From positions 372,001 to 436,000 of the forward strand of contig OZ237746.1 in NCBI GenBank assembly GCA_965178125.1: DNA of 64,000 nt. Reading direction: 5' to 3'. Shown here piece by piece: positions 62,627-64,000 of the stretch; position 1 is the stretch's first letter, and each line of letters starts with the position of its first letter. Position numbers and translations under genes: made by a program. Source of the DNA: Bilabrum cf. latius. Taxonomy: Eukaryota. The notes under the pieces are model-generated. The model was not told the origin of the DNA, made no database searches, and saw only the letters and a program-made list of their open reading frames with translations.

Positions 62627-64000
62627 TCACATACTCCCGGCCTCTGCAGCTGCTAGCTTCGCCCTCGCCGCAGCCAGCTCCCGCTCCAGGTCCCTCACAC
62701 GATCCCGCAGCTCCTCCACAGTCTATCCCCCTGTCTTCCCACCAGCGCTAGCACTGCCCTACCCCTACCCATCCACACTCGCACCCCCGCACACCGCCTT
62801 GCCGCCGACCCTGTCTCCTTCCTCGTTTCCCCTGTCCCCGCCCCACCACGCCCTCCCCTCCACCAACGCCCGGGCCACATGGTCCTCGTTCCCCTACACC
62901 GGATTGCCATCCCCGCACACGCCCGCTTGCAGCCCGCTGCGCATCGCATCAAATATCCCGTCCATCATACCATCCCAGCCCTGCCGACCGCTCAACGCAC
63001 CGCCAACCTTCGCAGGTGATCCAAACACAACCCTCCCATGCCCCCACTTCCACGCCCCCAGCAGCACGCTCGCGCACTCCACATACCCCTGCTGCACCGC
63101 GCACGCAAGCGGACTCAGGCCCGCACCAGGCGACCCATTCCCACCGAGCAACCACGTCCCTCCCGCCCATCGACCCACCCGCAGCCGCTTCCCCAGCTCC
63201 AGTGGCCTGCCCTCCCTCGCCGCTCGATGCACCATCCGCGCGTCCCGCTGCGCCTCGTGCGCCCGCCGGAACCGTACCAGGTCATGCCCCCTGCCGTGCC
63301 ACGCGCACGCCCTAGCCAGGTGAGGGGGCAGCCGCTCCACCATGCGCCTCAGGCAGGCCATGGAGTCGTGCTTCACATCCTCCAGCATCTCCTTGAGCTC
63401 ATCGGAAGCGTGCTTCAACGGGGTGTACCCGAGGTCGTTCACAGCCGTGAGGTCTCCTCCTGACCGGAGAAGGAGAGCCATGCAGGCGAAGGCGTTGATC
63501 TGCCGCTGGCCATGGCACACATTGGTACGATACATCAACAAATGCAAGGGGGTGTCAGCTAAAGGGATAGCAGGGCACTGCGAGGGTTCTTTATAGCAAC
63601 CTCTAAGTATATCTGAAGTGCGACGATGATAGCTGTTCCCATTGTTGATCTTGGCTGCCTCGCTCGATTCCAGCCAGCGACGCAGCCGGTGGTACCCGAA
63701 CTCGCCTTTCCCCTCCAGCGGACTGCCCTGCTCCTTGTCGCACACGGACCCTGTGCGGTTGTTGTGTAGCAAGCCGATGCGCTGTAGAAGGCGCAGGAAT
63801 CCAAAGTGCCCTTCAAGGGCAGCACCGTGGACCACCGTCAGCCCGAGCTGCGTACGAAGCACCGAAAAGAAACTAGCAGGTAGAACTTGGCCATACGAGA
63901 TGATCAATGCTGCAGTTGGCGATGGGAGGGGTCCCAGCGGCCCGCTGTTGCTCACATCGCTGCGTGCCGACAACACTCTGTCCGGAACGATCCGTCGTAC
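62627..64000 (-). CDS. Ankyrin-repeat protein with C-terminal coiled coil (5' end off window)
   Basis: TVVHGAALEGH, DTPLHLL..LLLRSGGDLTAVNDLGYTPL, LSPLACAVQQGYVECASVLL. Reads through 4 TAGs to VEELRDRVRDLERELAAARAKL and TGA 62629-62627. Confidence 0.8.

Noticed and set aside
1-64000. tRNA (especially a CUA-anticodon tRNA), rRNA, transposon or endogenous virus genes
   Set aside because: None recognised by eye. tRNAscan-SE and repeat searches were not run, so absence is not proven.

Overview
Gene-dense, GC-rich eukaryotic (protist-type) nuclear DNA with short GT-AG introns. The main result is a non-standard genetic code. The fragmented ORF track collapses into about 19 continuous genes once TAG is read as sense (about 95 in-frame TAGs by hand count), while every gene end that could be traced is TAA or TGA. 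At four conserved positions TAG stands where homologues have Gln, so UAG=Gln with UAA still a stop, a rare uncoupling of UAG and UAA. Read this way the window holds: two paralogous pseudokinase-like genes (one with a long ARM array); a 75-bp-repeat protein; a TrmH/SpoU methyltransferase; a PIG-S-like protein running into a GNAT-like domain; NAA10; ELP6-like; a tandem beta-trefoil-like protein; a ~3200-aa repeat protein ending in a dynein MTBD-like domain; 1-Cys peroxiredoxin; TTC4/Cns1; cytochrome b5; a ~5040-aa FG-GAP/REJ/GPS polycystin-1-like receptor; an ApaH-like phosphatase; NTH1; RPL31; and an ankyrin protein. All family calls come from motif recognition by eye, and no searches were run.
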